Counted from the first letter of the stretch, positions 9,232 through 17,466 are shown. The stretch: 64,000 bases of DNA from an uncultured Alphaproteobacteria bacterium (GCA_902540805.1 CACBON010000002.1:27322-91321); one strand, 5' to 3'. Translations and numbers: made by a program. The notes: generated by a model from the sequence alone, not told the origin.

Positions 9232-9834
9232 ATGAGATTATTTTTGGCCGTTTTATTATGCTTTTTAATATTTACATTTCTTGAATCAAAAGAATTAGAT
9301 AATTGTAACTATTTAACTGAAAAGTACGGAAAAATTTATAATCTTCCCAATAAATTATTAACTTCTATCGCACTTGTAGAATCTGGGATCAAAAAGAACG
9401 AATTTAAATCATGGCCATGGACACTAAATGTTTCTGGAAAATCAATGTATTTTGATAATAAATTAGAAACCTTAGAATATTTAAAAAGTAATATAAGATT
9501 AAAAAAAAGTATCGACGTCGGTTGCATGCAAATTAATACAAGATACCACTTGAAAAATTTTAAAGATTTGTCTCATTTAGTCGAGCCCGAAGAAAATGTT
9601 AAGTATGCTGCAATTTATCTTCGTAAACTTTATAATAAACATAAATCGTGGAACGAAGCGGTTTCAAGATATCATTCATCAATTCCAAAACGAAAGAAAA
9701 ATTATCTTAAAAAAGTTCATACATATTGGAATGATTTAAGACAACAGAAAATAGTTATTAATAATTATACCAGCCATGATGAAGCAGAAAAAATAAAATT
9801 TTTTAGAGAAATACTAAATAAAGAAAATATTTAA
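9232..9834 (+). CDS. lytic transglycosylase (SLT domain) with signal peptide
   Basis: SIALVESGIKKNE (catalytic ES), VGCMQIN and AAIYLRKLY motifs of family-1 SLT domains. N-terminal signal peptide. Confidence 0.65.
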   Translation: MRLFLAVLLCFLIFTFLESKELDNCNYLTEKYGKIYNLPNKLLTSIALVESGIKKNEFKSWPWTLNVSGKSMYFDNKLETLEYLKSNIRLKKSIDVGCMQINTRYHLKNFKDLSHLVEPEENVKYAAIYLRKLYNKHKSWNEAVSRYHSSIPKRKKNYLKKVHTYWNDLRQQKIVINNYTSHDEAEKIKFFREILNKENI

Positions 9835-9839
9835 GATTT

Positions 9840-9855
9840 TGGCAAAGTATTTGCA
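9840..9855 (+). promoter_or_regulatory. sigma-54 promoter candidate for a small ORF
   Basis: TGGCAA-AGTAT-TTGCA. The -12 C is 12 nt upstream of ATG 9866. Confidence 0.55.
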
Positions 9856-9865
9856 GACATATTGT

Positions 9866-10051
9866 ATGAAAGGAAAAATAATGAATAAATACATAAGATC
9901 ACGAGAAATTAAAGATAATATTATTAATTCTAATCCAGTTATTAAAATTACTCATTTTGACAATAATAAATGTGTTAAAACTGATGTTTACCCAATTTCA
10001 CATTTCTTGGATAAAACTTCTAGAGAAATAAAAGCTCTAGTATATTCCTAA
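9866..10051 (+). CDS. small basic protein (61 aa, or 56 aa from ATG 9881 which has an AAAGGA RBS)
   Basis: ORF directly downstream of a sigma-54 motif. The track ORF starts at TTG 9839, inside the promoter motif. No recognisable domain. Confidence 0.3.
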   Translation: MKGKIMNKYIRSREIKDNIINSNPVIKITHFDNNKCVKTDVYPISHFLDKTSREIKALVYS

Positions 10052-10148
10052 GAAAAGGTATTGGCATTTTTCAAAACATATTTTTAAATATATACGAGAT
10101 TAAATCTTAAATAAAATTAGATAATTTATAAATTCATTAAAATCCAAA

Positions 10149-11609
10149 CTACATATTCATACTTTGAATTTTCATAATTTTTCTTCTAACTGAGGAGGCT
10201 GGTATATTGAGTAACTCCCTGTATTTTGCTACTGTTCTTCTAGCTAAATCAATTCCTTCATCTTGGAGTTTTTCTACTAACATTTCGTCACTCAATGGAC
10301 TGTGTACTGGTTCACTACTAATTAATTTTTTTAGAGATTCTCTTACTGATTCTGCTGAATGAGTTTCACCTTTCTTAGTACTACTTATAGAGGCACTAAA
10401 AAATAGTTTCATTTCAAAAACACCTCTTGGTGTTAGCATCAATTTATCTGATGTAACTCTACTGACTGTGCTTTCATGCATATTTATTTTTTTTGCTACA
10501 TCCTTAAGAACCATTGGTTTAAGATACTTTTTTCCCTTTTCAAAAAATTCCTTTTGTTGGTTAACAATTTCTGAGCTTATTTTCAGTGTTGTTACATTTC
10601 TTTGTTGAATTGCTTTGAGTAACCATCTTGCAGAATTTAAAGATTCATTAATAAACTTTTTATCTGATTCTCCACACTGAAGTCTCTCTATTTCTTTCAC
10701 GTAATCTTCGTTAATATTAATTTTTGGAAGTGTGCTATGATTTAATTCCACAGCCCAGTCAGAATTATTTTTTGTTACAATTACATCTGGATGAAAAATA
10801 TTGTCATTATCTATAGAATACTTACTCCCAGGTTTTGGGTTTAGAGCTCTTATAAGCCTTATTTCTTCTTTCAGTTTTTCCTCTGTTAATCCTGTAAGTT
10901 TTTGGAGACCTTTAATATTTCCACTTCCAAGTAGTTCAATATTATCAATAAGAATCTCTTTTTTTGAATCACAGTTGTTTTCGTTTATAAGTTGAATTTT
11001 TAGGCACTCTTTCAAATTTCTAGCAAATACACCATTAGGCTCAAAAGATTGCATTCTTTCTAGAACTTTTTCAATTTTATTTAATTTAAATCCACTAAAC
11101 TCTTCGATAGTTTCCAATTTTTCTGTAATCCAACCATTTTCATCAATGTAATCAATTAATATTTTTGCAATATTCTTATCTTCATCATCCTCAAATTCAA
11201 GATCTGCTTGATTATTCAAAATGGATTTTAAAGAAACTTTGTTGCTAAGTGTTTGTTCAATTACACTTCCAACGTCAACACTTTCCGTTGATGAATGCCT
11301 ACTGTTAAATTCAAAAGTCGCATCGCAATCCCACCTATTTTCAAAATCATTATTATGGGGTTCATCTGCAATAGATTCGCCATTTTTGAAAGATTCGTCT
11401 AATTCATCAGTTTTTTCTATGTCTTGATTTTCTTTATTATCTAGTTCTTCGCTCTCATTTTCCAAAAATGGATTCTCTTCCATCTCTTTATTCACTAAAT
11501 TTGTTAATTCTAAATTATTTAGCTGAAGCAATTTAATTGCTTGTTGTAACTGAGGAGTCATAACTAAAGATTGACTCTGTTTTAATTTAAGATTCTGTGA
11601 AATTTGCAT
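10149..11609 (-). CDS. rpoN: RNA polymerase sigma-54 factor
   Basis: Region I is Q/L-rich (MTPQLQQAIKLLQLNNLEL). C-terminal RpoN box ARRTVAKYRE. Confidence 0.85.
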   Translation of the reverse strand: MQISQNLKLKQSQSLVMTPQLQQAIKLLQLNNLELTNLVNKEMEENPFLENESEELDNKENQDIEKTDELDESFKNGESIADEPHNNDFENRWDCDATFEFNSRHSSTESVDVGSVIEQTLSNKVSLKSILNNQADLEFEDDEDKNIAKILIDYIDENGWITEKLETIEEFSGFKLNKIEKVLERMQSFEPNGVFARNLKECLKIQLINENNCDSKKEILIDNIELLGSGNIKGLQKLTGLTEEKLKEEIRLIRALNPKPGSKYSIDNDNIFHPDVIVTKNNSDWAVELNHSTLPKININEDYVKEIERLQCGESDKKFINESLNSARWLLKAIQQRNVTTLKISSEIVNQQKEFFEKGKKYLKPMVLKDVAKKINMHESTVSRVTSDKLMLTPRGVFEMKLFFSASISSTKKGETHSAESVRESLKKLISSEPVHSPLSDEMLVEKLQDEGIDLARRTVAKYRELLNIPASSVRRKIMKIQSMNM

Positions 11610-11668
11610 AATTCTTTTCCTTTCGTTATTATTTCACAATTTTTTTGTTAGAAATGCAAAACTTTAAT

Positions 11669-11708
11669 TTGACACTTCAACTAAGTCAGATACTTGACAC
11701 CCTTGACT
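11669..11708. repeat. three direct TTGAC(A/T)C repeats in the rpoN / 11751 intergenic region
   Basis: TTGACAC at 11669 and 11694, and TTGACT at 11703. They could be sigma-70 -35 boxes or a regulator site. Confidence 0.25.
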
Positions 11709-11750
11709 TATTAAAAAAACAATTAACAAATTTCTCTTTTATGTTGATAT

Positions 11751-12377
11751 ATGCTGGCTAATTTGAGTAAATATTCTATTATTACCCTAATGATAAAAGT
11801 TTTACCATTGTTGCTTATTCCAACGCTTTTTTTAGTATTTTTTTTGAATGTTGAAAATCTGACAGTTAAATTAGATAGTAAATTCAAATTTGAACAAATT
11901 TCTAAAACTAACGAAAATGAAGGTTTTCAGATTAAAAAAGATGAAGAAAAAACAATTTCAAATGAAAATCTAGATAAAAACAATGAAACAGAATTAGATA
12001 ATTCTTCAAAAGATTCTGGACCTATATTGTTAAAAGGGAACGAATCTAAATCAAAAACGGATTTAAATGATACCAAGAATAATCAGACAACTAATAAAAT
12101 TCCAGAAATTAAATCTAAACCCACGGTGATAGTTAGTGATAGTTTTTTAAAAATTCAATTTGGTGCTTTTTCGAAATTAAAGAATGCTGAAATACAAAAA
12201 CTAAAAATTCTTAAATTAATGTCCCAGAAGTTTCCAGATTTTGAGAAAAACTTTAGAATTTTGGAAGAAAATAATTTGTTCAAACTTATTTATAAAGCTG
12301 AGAATTCCTCAAGTGGTGAATTAATATGTAATTATTCAAAATCTATAAGAATTAACTGTTTAATTTTAAAAAGATGA
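11751..12377 (+). CDS. SPOR-like domain protein with N-terminal membrane anchor
   Basis: C-terminal LKIQFGAFSKLKNAEIQKLKI...LFKLIYKAE resembles the SPOR fold pattern (xVQxGAF...A...L). Confidence 0.35.
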   Translation: MLANLSKYSIITLMIKVLPLLLIPTLFLVFFLNVENLTVKLDSKFKFEQISKTNENEGFQIKKDEEKTISNENLDKNNETELDNSSKDSGPILLKGNESKSKTDLNDTKNNQTTNKIPEIKSKPTVIVSDSFLKIQFGAFSKLKNAEIQKLKILKLMSQKFPDFEKNFRILEENNLFKLIYKAENSSSGELICNYSKSIRINCLILKR

Positions 12378-12574
12378 AAAATTGTAGAATATGTTCTTTC
12401 ATAAGATATTTTTTAGGTTTTGTTCTGTTATTGATTATTATTTCGCTGACTTTTAAAGACAATCTAGGTTATCTTTCGTTTGTAACACCATGGAATGCAG
12501 CAATATTAATATTTGGTGTGGGTTGTTGTCTATTTTTATTTAAATTAATTGAGTATTTAAATCAGAAAGATTAA
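12374..12574 (+). CDS. small two-TM membrane protein
   Basis: ORF with two hydrophobic helices. Overlaps the upstream stop by 4 nt. Confidence 0.25.
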   Translation: MKNCRICSFIRYFLGFVLLLIIISLTFKDNLGYLSFVTPWNAAILIFGVGCCLFLFKLIEYLNQKD

Positions 12575-13047
12575 CGATCTTTTACAAATCTTACAAATAA
12601 TTCTTTCTCAGGTACAAACCTTCCATAAGAATGCCCCGTAAAGAAGTTTACTGACCAAAAAAACTTAGGTGACCACCAATTTCTTTGAGAAGTCCAGAAA
12701 GGTTCAGCCGGTGTATTAGGAAAAAAAGTTTTATTTATCTTTGCTCCCTCGCATTTTTTACAAATTAAACTTTCAAGCTCTTTTCTAGAGGGCAATCTCC
12801 ATTCACCTTCAATTTGTTCATTAAGTAAATTATTAGCCTCTTCTGCAGATTTTAAATCCAATTTAACTGCAGTTCCAAGACATTCTTGTTTGTTGTCGCT
12901 CCATTGTTGACCTGTTGTACATTTTAACCATTCAAGTTTATTTTTTAAATCTATAACGTAATATCCTTTGTCTATGAAGTTAGATGCAAAGACATTATTA
13001 CTAAAAAATAATAGGAAAAAACATATAAAAAGTTGCTTTTTAATCAT
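12571..13047 (-). CDS. DUF1566 (Lcl C-terminal domain) secreted protein
   Basis: Signal peptide. WLKCTTGQQWSD...WRLPSRKELESL matches the DUF1566 pattern. Confidence 0.5.
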   Translation of the reverse strand: MIKKQLFICFFLLFFSNNVFASNFIDKGYYVIDLKNKLEWLKCTTGQQWSDNKQECLGTAVKLDLKSAEEANNLLNEQIEGEWRLPSRKELESLICKKCEGAKINKTFFPNTPAEPFWTSQRNWWSPKFFWSVNFFTGHSYGRFVPEKELFVRFVKDR

Positions 13048-13096
13048 ATCTGTATATTACAATAAATATGTAAATTTATAAAAATATTTTCTATTT

Positions 13097-13112
13097 TGGT
13101 ATTAAAGTTGCA
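13097..13112 (+). promoter_or_regulatory. sigma-54 promoter candidate for motAB, inside a 28-bp palindrome
   Basis: TGGTAT-TAAAG-TTGCA. It sits in the inverted repeat tggtat...atacca (13097-13124), 51 nt upstream of ATG 13163. Confidence 0.45.
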
Positions 13113-13162
13113 GAATCCATACCAAAATATTAATTGTATATTAAATGAAAATGGAAAAATAA

Positions 13163-13936
13163 ATGGATTTAGCTACAATAATTGGTTTTCTTGGTACAAT
13201 TGGCATGATTGCTGGCGCAATGATTTCAGCTGGAGGCTTGGGGTCATACATTGATGTCCCTTCAATTTTAATAGTTTTTGGTGGTTCTTTTTTTGCTGTA
13301 ATGTATACGGCACCCTTACCAGTTTATCTTGGTTCTTTCGGAGCTTTTGGTAAAGCTTTTAAACCACCTGTAAAAAAAATGGACGAACTTATTGAAAGAA
13401 TAGTAGAGCTAGCAGGTATTGCAAGAAAAGATGGAATGATGGCATTAGAAGGGCAAGAAACCCCAGATCCATTTTTTGACAACGGTCTTCAAATGCTAGT
13501 AGACGGAGCAGATGAATCAAAACTTACCGTACAATTAAAAAAAGAACTAAAGGCAATGCAAGGTCGACATGAAAAAAATATTGGGTGTGCCCAATCTTGG
13601 GTAGATATAGCACCTGCAATGGGAATGATTGGAACTTTGGTTGGATTGGTTGCGATGCTTGGTAATATGGCAGATCCTAAAGCAATAGGTCCTGCAATGG
13701 CCGTTGCTCTTTTGACTACACTTTACGGGGCTATGATAGCAAATACTATTTTTATGCCGATAGTAATAAAATTAAAAGGCTACTCAGCCTACGAAACAAC
13801 CTACAGAGAAATGATCATTACAGGTTTACAATTTATTTCCAGAGGAGAGAGTCCAAGAAATATTCAGGATCAACTTGTTGCGAATCTTCCACCTAAAGAA
13901 AAGCAAAAACTCCTGGAAGCTGCAGCTGGAGGTTAA
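13163..13936 (+). CDS. motA: flagellar stator protein MotA/PomA
   Basis: MotA/TolQ/ExbB family with 4 TM helices (GTLVGLVAMLGNMADPKAIGPAMAVALLTTLYG). Immediately upstream of motB. Confidence 0.75.
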   Translation: MDLATIIGFLGTIGMIAGAMISAGGLGSYIDVPSILIVFGGSFFAVMYTAPLPVYLGSFGAFGKAFKPPVKKMDELIERIVELAGIARKDGMMALEGQETPDPFFDNGLQMLVDGADESKLTVQLKKELKAMQGRHEKNIGCAQSWVDIAPAMGMIGTLVGLVAMLGNMADPKAIGPAMAVALLTTLYGAMIANTIFMPIVIKLKGYSAYETTYREMIITGLQFISRGESPRNIQDQLVANLPPKEKQKLLEAAAGG

Positions 13937-13946
13937 TGTTTGAATC

Positions 13947-15131
13947 ATGGCTGAGGAAAAAACCGAAAATCAACAGACATCTAATGAAGAAGAGGAGCAT
14001 GAATGTCCTGAATGCCCTCCAAAAGGAGCACCTGCTTGGATGGCAACTTTTGCCGACATGGCAACACTGTTGATGGCTTTTTTTGTTTTAATCCTATCTT
14101 TCGCAGAATTTAACGTCCCAAAATTTAAACAAATAAGTGGAAGTATGAAGAATGCTTTTGGAATACAAAGAGTTATTCCAGTTGTTGAACCACCTAAAGG
14201 AACAACAATATTATCTTTAAACTTCAGTCCGAACCCGACTCCAGCAGTTCAAGAAAATTTAAAACAACAAACAACAGAGACTGATCAACCTAAAGTAGAA
14301 CTTCAAACTAAGAACGAAGATAATACTAAGGATGATGGTGAAACTGAGGACGCGAAAGAACTTGCCAAAAATATTCAGGAAGCTATTGCAAGAGGTGATA
14401 TAACCGTCGAAGCATTAGGGAGTAAAGTTGTTGTTAACTTTACACCAACAGAAGCTGACGAGAAAGAACTACCGCAACTACTTCAAGAGACTTTAAATGC
14501 TGTGGAATCTGTAAAGGCTGCATCAGGAAAATCAGATTCTGAAATTTTAATTGGTGGCTTAGAAAAACAACTCGCTGATCTTGCAACAGCATCTTCTCAA
14601 AAAGGTAAAAATGAGGCTGAAGGAGAAGATGGAGAAAGTGTAGGTCAATCTGAACAAAGCCAATCAGCTAAAGAGGAGGCTAAAAAAGCAGAGTTGGCTG
14701 AGGACAAATTAAAAATTGCACTTAAACAAGAAATTGGGGAAGGTCTTGTAAATGTTGATAGAGAGGACGACAAAGTGATAATAACTGTTGGGTCTGCTGG
14801 TGCGTTCAAGTCAGGATCTGCTGAACTTACCAACAAGGCAAGACAGATAATGTCTAAAATAGCAGAACAAAATAAAAAAGGTAGAAGTGAGATATTAGTT
14901 ATGGGTCATACGGACAATGTGCCACTTACATTTGGGTCAAATTATAGAGACAATTGGGATCTCGCAGCAGCAAGATCTGCCTCAGTGGTACAACAATTAT
15001 CAAGAAATGATACTCTCGACCCAAAAAGAATGAAGGCGATTAGTTACGGAGAGACAAGACCAGTAGAGTCAAATGATACCTCTCAGGGAAGAGCCAAAAA
15101 TAGAAGAATCGAAATTGAGATAAATTATTAA
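13947..15131 (+). CDS. motB: flagellar stator protein MotB with long acidic linker
   Basis: N-terminal TM helix with the conserved Asp region (ATFADMATLLMAFFVLIL). C-terminal OmpA-like peptidoglycan-binding domain (MGHTDNVPL...NRRIEIEI). Confidence 0.75.
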   Translation: MAEEKTENQQTSNEEEEHECPECPPKGAPAWMATFADMATLLMAFFVLILSFAEFNVPKFKQISGSMKNAFGIQRVIPVVEPPKGTTILSLNFSPNPTPAVQENLKQQTTETDQPKVELQTKNEDNTKDDGETEDAKELAKNIQEAIARGDITVEALGSKVVVNFTPTEADEKELPQLLQETLNAVESVKAASGKSDSEILIGGLEKQLADLATASSQKGKNEAEGEDGESVGQSEQSQSAKEEAKKAELAEDKLKIALKQEIGEGLVNVDREDDKVIITVGSAGAFKSGSAELTNKARQIMSKIAEQNKKGRSEILVMGHTDNVPLTFGSNYRDNWDLAAARSASVVQQLSRNDTLDPKRMKAISYGETRPVESNDTSQGRAKNRRIEIEINY

Positions 15132-15132
15132 G

Positions 15133-16056
15133 ATGAAAATAGAAAATAGTCCATTTCATATTTCTAAAAATAAGGTTTCCCCTGTAAAAGAAAATAAAGG
15201 GCCTAAAAATCAACAACTATTCAATGATAAGAAGGTTAATAAACCCGAAAAAGACGATTTTTCTTTTTGGGATTGGTTTAGAGGGTTGGTCAACCCTTTC
15301 CAAAATCTTCCAATTATAAGTGGAATTTATTCAAGCATTAATTCTGATGATAGTAAATCCGATAGAGACTTAATTCAAAATAGTCTTGGTGGTTTTATGT
15401 ACGGTGGTCCTATTGGCGCGATTGCAGGTTTTGGGAATTGGGTTTTTAATAAAATATTTGACAAAACGCCGTCAGAACTAGCGCTTGATGTTTCAGGAAT
15501 AAGCAATCTTTGGAAAGACAATAAGAACAAAGAGAGTCAGATTGCAGAAAATAATAAAATAGATGATGACAAAAATTCTTCTGTGGTTTTTTCTAATAAA
15601 AATACTTACGGAGAATGGTGGAAAGGCAACCAAAAATCTAGTACTAAAAATTATGTAGCATCTGGCAAAAATAATTTTGAAAAAACTAACCTCCCCAACT
15701 TCAAAAATGTAGGTATCGAAAATAAAAATAATGCTATCGAAAGAAATATTAATAAATATTCGACCAAACCAGTTGTTTTGGAAAATAAACAAAATATTAC
15801 TTTGGCTTTTGATGGAAAGTCTGAGTTAGTAAAAATAAATAATCAAATCTCTGGGTCGATAGATAACAAAAATGAAAATAAAAAGTCCAAAAAAGAAAAA
15901 TTTGGAGAAATCAATTTTAACTATCCGAATTGGAGTCCCAGATCTTTTGAAGTTGACAAAAATAAAAATGAATTGAAAAGCAAAGACTTAATTAATAAGA
16001 AATATATGGATCTTAAAAATGGAAATATTGGAGCAAACTTAAATTTGAAACTTTAA
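15133..16056 (+). CDS. N/K-rich low-complexity protein of unknown function
   Basis: The ORF starts 2 nt after the motB stop. Confidence 0.3.
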   Translation: MKIENSPFHISKNKVSPVKENKGPKNQQLFNDKKVNKPEKDDFSFWDWFRGLVNPFQNLPIISGIYSSINSDDSKSDRDLIQNSLGGFMYGGPIGAIAGFGNWVFNKIFDKTPSELALDVSGISNLWKDNKNKESQIAENNKIDDDKNSSVVFSNKNTYGEWWKGNQKSSTKNYVASGKNNFEKTNLPNFKNVGIENKNNAIERNINKYSTKPVVLENKQNITLAFDGKSELVKINNQISGSIDNKNENKKSKKEKFGEINFNYPNWSPRSFEVDKNKNELKSKDLINKKYMDLKNGNIGANLNLKL

Positions 16057-16656
16057 TCACTCGTATTCAAGTTCTTCGTTTTTATATTTTTCAAAATATT
16101 CGTTACCAAGAATTTCTTTTATCTTCTCAATTGTAAGATCGTTAACTTTAGACGAGTATAACTCGTGCATTTCAGAACATTTTCTAGAAACTGCGTTTGC
16201 AACCCCTTGAGATATAAAATCATTTTCAAGTGCTGTTCTTGCTCTTGTGGTTGCCTCTGATTTAGCCTTTGTAAGCCTAGCTAAACCTGAATTTTTTTTT
16301 CTATTTAAATCGTCGACAACTTCCATCAGTTGTTTATAGCCTGGTTCTGGTAGGTCAATGTTAATGAATTGCCCATCAACTTCGTAATTAAACTCTACTT
16401 CGTCAATTTTTTCAGTTAAAAGGGGAATATGATCTGTATTAAATACTAAGATTTGCACTACATTTTCATTTTCTGTTTTTTTTATATCTCCTACATCAAC
16501 TAATCTTCTTGGCTTACCCTGAATGTTGATCCGGATACCTTTTAGTGTACTTAAGTTTGCATCTGCTGATTTTATTTCTTGAATTACTTCTGTATAATCT
16601 TCAATTGCTGCTTTCATTAAAGTTTCTGCTTGTATTGTATATTTATCTGCAACCAT
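16057..16656 (-). CDS. ribosome-recycling-factor-like protein (divergent paralog)
   Basis: By eye the hydrophobic/charge pattern tracks RRF: LKGIRINIQGKPRRLVDV vs LDGIVVEYYGTPTPLRQLA; ILVFNTDHIPLLTEKI vs INVFDRSMSPAVEKAI; INIDLPEP vs IRVPLPPLTEE. Roughly 20% identity at most. Confidence 0.35.
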   Translation of the reverse strand: MVADKYTIQAETLMKAAIEDYTEVIQEIKSADANLSTLKGIRINIQGKPRRLVDVGDIKKTENENVVQILVFNTDHIPLLTEKIDEVEFNYEVDGQFINIDLPEPGYKQLMEVVDDLNRKKNSGLARLTKAKSEATTRARTALENDFISQGVANAVSRKCSEMHELYSSKVNDLTIEKIKEILGNEYFEKYKNEELEYE

Positions 16657-16665
16657 AAGATGATT

Positions 16666-17466
16666 TTATACTATTACGGTTTGATTTTCATCAACAATGT
16701 TTTGTTTATTACTGTTATTTTTATTAACATTGTCTTCTTTTTTATCTTTTTCAACCTCTTCAACAAGTGGTTTTGGTAGTTTTGAAAACTTAAATTTTGA
16801 CTTTGGGTCTAACTTTCTAATGGTTTTTTGAGCCTCATCAATTGATTTAGACAAAATTTTTATACAAAAGACTTTTCCTTCCAGCATTGAAAAACTGTAA
16901 AGAAGATTTAATTGGGCTTTGTAACAGTAAATTGAAGTAAGTAACCATCCAAGAAAAAAAATATAAATATTGACTGATATTGATATTGCCATAATTGCTG
17001 TAAACAGAAGTAAAACCCACCATTTTTGCGAATAAGCTAACCAGAATGGAGGGAAAATACCTGCTGAAAGTGAGTTTGCATTTTCGATCACCTCATAGTT
17101 TCTGTAAACGTCTCTCATCCCAATAAATTCCTTTAGTTCATCAAGATCATTTATTTTATGCGTTAAGTAATCAGATTTTATTTTACTGGTTTCCTCAGCT
17201 GTAGTCGTAATAAATTTGCAACCTAAACTATTTTCTACTAATAAATTAAAAAATGTATCGTCTCTCAGAACTGTGAGCATAGATTTTTGACTATTTTTTT
17301 TTAACTCCTTTAAATCAGCGGTAAACTGTTTTTCACCAAAAGTATAGATTTGGTTATCTAGTGCAACGATTATATCATCAGGCTTCAAAAAGTTGTTTGC
17401 AGCGTGACTTCCACTATTTATTTTATTAATTTTTAAGAGAAAGTTTCCTTCTTGCTTTTCAGACAT
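16666..17466 (-). CDS. membrane protein with PDZ-like N-terminus
   Basis: GSHAANNFLKPDDIIVALDNQ resembles the PDZ ligand-binding loop. Two central TM helices. K/N-rich tail. Confidence 0.3.
   Translation of the reverse strand: MSEKQEGNFLLKINKINSGSHAANNFLKPDDIIVALDNQIYTFGEKQFTADLKELKKNSQKSMLTVLRDDTFFNLLVENSLGCKFITTTAEETSKIKSDYLTHKINDLDELKEFIGMRDVYRNYEVIENANSLSAGIFPPFWLAYSQKWWVLLLFTAIMAISISVNIYIFFLGWLLTSIYCYKAQLNLLYSFSMLEGKVFCIKILSKSIDEAQKTIRKLDPKSKFKFSKLPKPLVEEVEKDKKEDNVNKNNSNKQNIVDENQTVIV

Noticed and set aside
9866-10051. Assignment of the small sigma-54-driven ORF as CsrA
   Set aside because: A hand alignment to CsrA gives only about 4 identical positions out of 46 and the GxxHxE-type CsrA core is missing. 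I keep it as unknown.
13097-13124. Minus-strand half of the motA-region palindrome as an independent sigma-54 promoter for the DUF1566 gene
   Set aside because: The -12 element reads CTGCA, which is weaker, and the DUF1566 start lies about 70 nt away. I list it only as part of the palindrome finding.
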